The translations under genes and the position numbers were made by a program. The notes under the pieces were generated by a model, which was given only the letters and a program-made list of their open reading frames with translations, made no database searches and had not been told where the DNA came from. From the human T2T-CHM13v2.0 reference genome, Homo sapiens, in NCBI RefSeq assembly GCF_009914755.1, contig NC_060944.1: a stretch of DNA of 64,000 nucleotides, one strand, 5' to 3'. How positions within the stretch are numbered: the stretch's first letter is position 1; every line of letters starts with the position of its first letter. This document shows, in pieces, positions 61,236-64,000 of this stretch.

Positions 61236-61590
61236 TGTATTAGTCCATTTTCATGCTGCTGATAAAGACATACCCGAGACTAGGAAGAAAAAGAGGTTTA
61301 ATTGGACTTATAGTTCCACATGGCTGTGGAGGCCTCAGAATCATGGCGGGAGGTGAAAGGCACTTTTACATGGGGGCAGCAAGAGAAAAATGAGGAAGAT
61401 GCAAAGGTGGAAACCCCTGATAAAACCGTCAGATCTCATGAGACTTATTCACTACCACGAGAACAGTATGGAGGAAACTGCCCCCATGATTCAAATTATG
61501 TCTCATCAGGTCCCTCCCATAACACGTGGGAATTATGGGAGTACAATTCAAGATGAGATTTGGGTGAGGACACAGAGCCAAATCATATCG
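61236..61590 (-). mobile_element. THE1 (THE1C-like) solo LTR
   Basis: tgtattagtccattttcatgctgctgataaagacatacccgagac...gagatttgggtgaggacacagagcc; TSD agtat/agtag. Confidence 0.9.
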
Positions 61591-61595
61591 AGTAG

Positions 61596-61929
<334 letters not shown>

Positions 61930-62706
61930 TAAAATATAATTTTTTAAAAAGTAAAATATAAAGACATACCTATTGCTTGCATAATGCATATGTTCTGGAA
62001 AAATCTGTGGATTTTCTTCTTTACATCTTTCTCTACCAATTCAACTCAGTGCACTAGGTTTTGAGAGCCTGCCACTTGCCAGGCACATAGCTAGATGTTG
62101 GGGATTTGGCTGTGATCAACACTCTCTCTACTCTCATGGTGATGAACAAGGACAGATACTGAATCATCTTGAAGGGGAAATGCATGGCGTTGAGAGGTAT
62201 GTAGCAGGGTACTGAAGCTACAGAGAAAGATCCAGCTAAGCCAGGAATGGCAGGAGGAGGTGGCTTTAGCAGGGGACATGCTGGGCTGGGGACAATGTCC
62301 CAGAAAATAAAGTATGATGTGCAAAGCTTGTATTCCAGAGACACAGTGTCACTGTCAAGGAGGCCTCTGCATCTTCATCCCTCAAGATCTGAACTGCTCA
62401 ACCCTAGGTCTGTGAGCCAATAATTTTTTGTGTGTCTAATCTTTTTCAAACCACACTAAACATATTTCAGGAGACAAGTATAGCCAAAACACAATTATTA
62501 TGCAGTGGTTTATCAGAGAAATACAAGGAAAATTTTACAATCTGTTGCTGTCCTCAAAGAGGCTTAGCCCCACTTTTCCATGTTTCTATCAGAATAGGAT
62601 AGAATCACTGAGTATAGATTGATTAAAATAACATTTTTTAAAAAGTAAAATATAAACACTTTCCTATTGCCTGCATAATGCATATGTTCCAGAACAAATA
62701 GTAGAA

Positions 62707-63279
62707 AAATAAAATATTTCCTGTGTGAGTCACCTTTTCTCTAGACTGTACTGTTAGTGTCTTCAGCCTTTCTTTGAATCAGTTGTTTTCCAGATCATTC
62801 TCCACCTCACCCTCTGATCATTATAATGTGGATATAACTCAGAAACGGCCCCCACATTTCCCCTCTTCGGTTGTGGGGCGGGGGGGAAGACACAAACACA
62901 GAATTTAAAATTTAAATGTAAATGTAAATTAAATTAATTAATTGCTTATACAATAAGCAAATAAGTTAATTGCTTACTTTTGTAGTGGTGGGGGAAGATA
63001 TGAACACAGAATTTTAAATTAAAATTTAATTAAATTTAAAAAATTAAAATTAAATTTAATTAAAAAAATAATTTTAATTTAAAATTCTGTGTTCATATCT
63101 TTTCCCCACCCCTACAACCAAAGAGGAGAAGTGTGGGGGCTGTTTGTGAGTTCCACAATATAATGATCAGAGGGTGAGATGGAGAGTGATTTGGAAAACA
63201 ACTCATTCAAGGAAAGTCTGACGACACTAACACAGTATAGTCTAGAGAAAAGGTGACTCACACAGGAAATAATTTTATT
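62707..63279. repeat. Nested long inverted repeat with AT-only palindromic centre
   Basis: Arms 62707-62910 and ~63080-63279 are reverse complements (~85% by eye). Inner perfect 32-bp stem 62995-63026 / 63070-63101. Confidence 0.92.
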
Positions 63280-64000
63280 GTACCAGTCAGGGAATTTTAC
63301 TTCAACCAGCAGAAACTACTGCTGGCTGTCTTAAACCAAAGTGACATTAATTGAAAGGGAATTTGGGCTTGCACAAGTAGGGGTTAAAATTAGAGACTGG
63401 GGTGGAAGATTGGGTAGAAAGTAAGGGAAGTGTAGGCATGGTCAGGACCCAGGAAATGCCTCCTACAAATGCCACCAAGGTCTCCCAATATCCCCTCCAT
63501 GTTTGTGGTACTTGCTCAAGTCCTAGACAAGTAAGCATCCTACTGTCTAAGGGTACATACTGGACCCTGTCTATGCAGAAGGAGGCAGAGGAGGCCAGCA
63601 CTGGGAAACACCCTTATATCAAGACTGTACAATATAGGAATATACAAATTGGGAATGCAGCCAACAGTGGTTTGTTTTCTTGCTTATTTTTGTCCTTGCT
63701 TGTTCATTTTCTCTCTCTTGCCTCTGGGGTATAACCTCTTCAACAACAGGAACTTCATCTGTTGTCTGCCTCTGGATCCCTAAGCCCTCAAGAGTAGACA
63801 TTCAGTAAATAGCTGTGGAATGTATTACTGGAGGAACATTCAGGGGACATAAACATATTCCACATTGTTCTATGTGTAGACAAAGGTGAGTGTGCCATTT
63901 TTATAGGGTTGTGGACTTTGGTTCAAGATAAGGAAGATTTTTCTAACAGAGTTATCTAGCAACATCATGCTCCATTTCATGAATAACTGGCCTCTGAGTG

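Overview
Human (primate) genomic DNA around PROKR2 (prokineticin receptor 2, recalled as chr20p12.3). The only convincing protein-coding gene is PROKR2 on the minus strand: a probable non-coding exon in a CpG island (~25429-25890), coding exons 22847-23304 and 10974-11670 that splice to 1155 nt (384 aa), and a probable 3'UTR to ~8150. Downstream is a full-length UBE2D3 retrocopy whose ORF is intact but whose catalytic cysteine is lost (C85F). The large PROKR2 intron holds an antisense, deleted HERV-K(HML-3)/MER9 provirus with only 41 bp of its 5' LTR left, and an antisense MLT2A1 solo LTR. The upstream ~38 kb is mostly repeats: Alus, MaLR/ERV LTRs, a MER4-group ERV, a MULE (Ricksha-type) transposase fossil, a near-full-length ancient L1MB, and a nested ~570 bp AT-rich palindrome near 63 kb. 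Repeat subfamily names come from remembered consensus sequences and were not checked by search. No clearly new multi-gene system is visible. The best leads are the dead-E2 retrocopy, the nested palindrome and the MLT2A1 antisense-promoter configuration.
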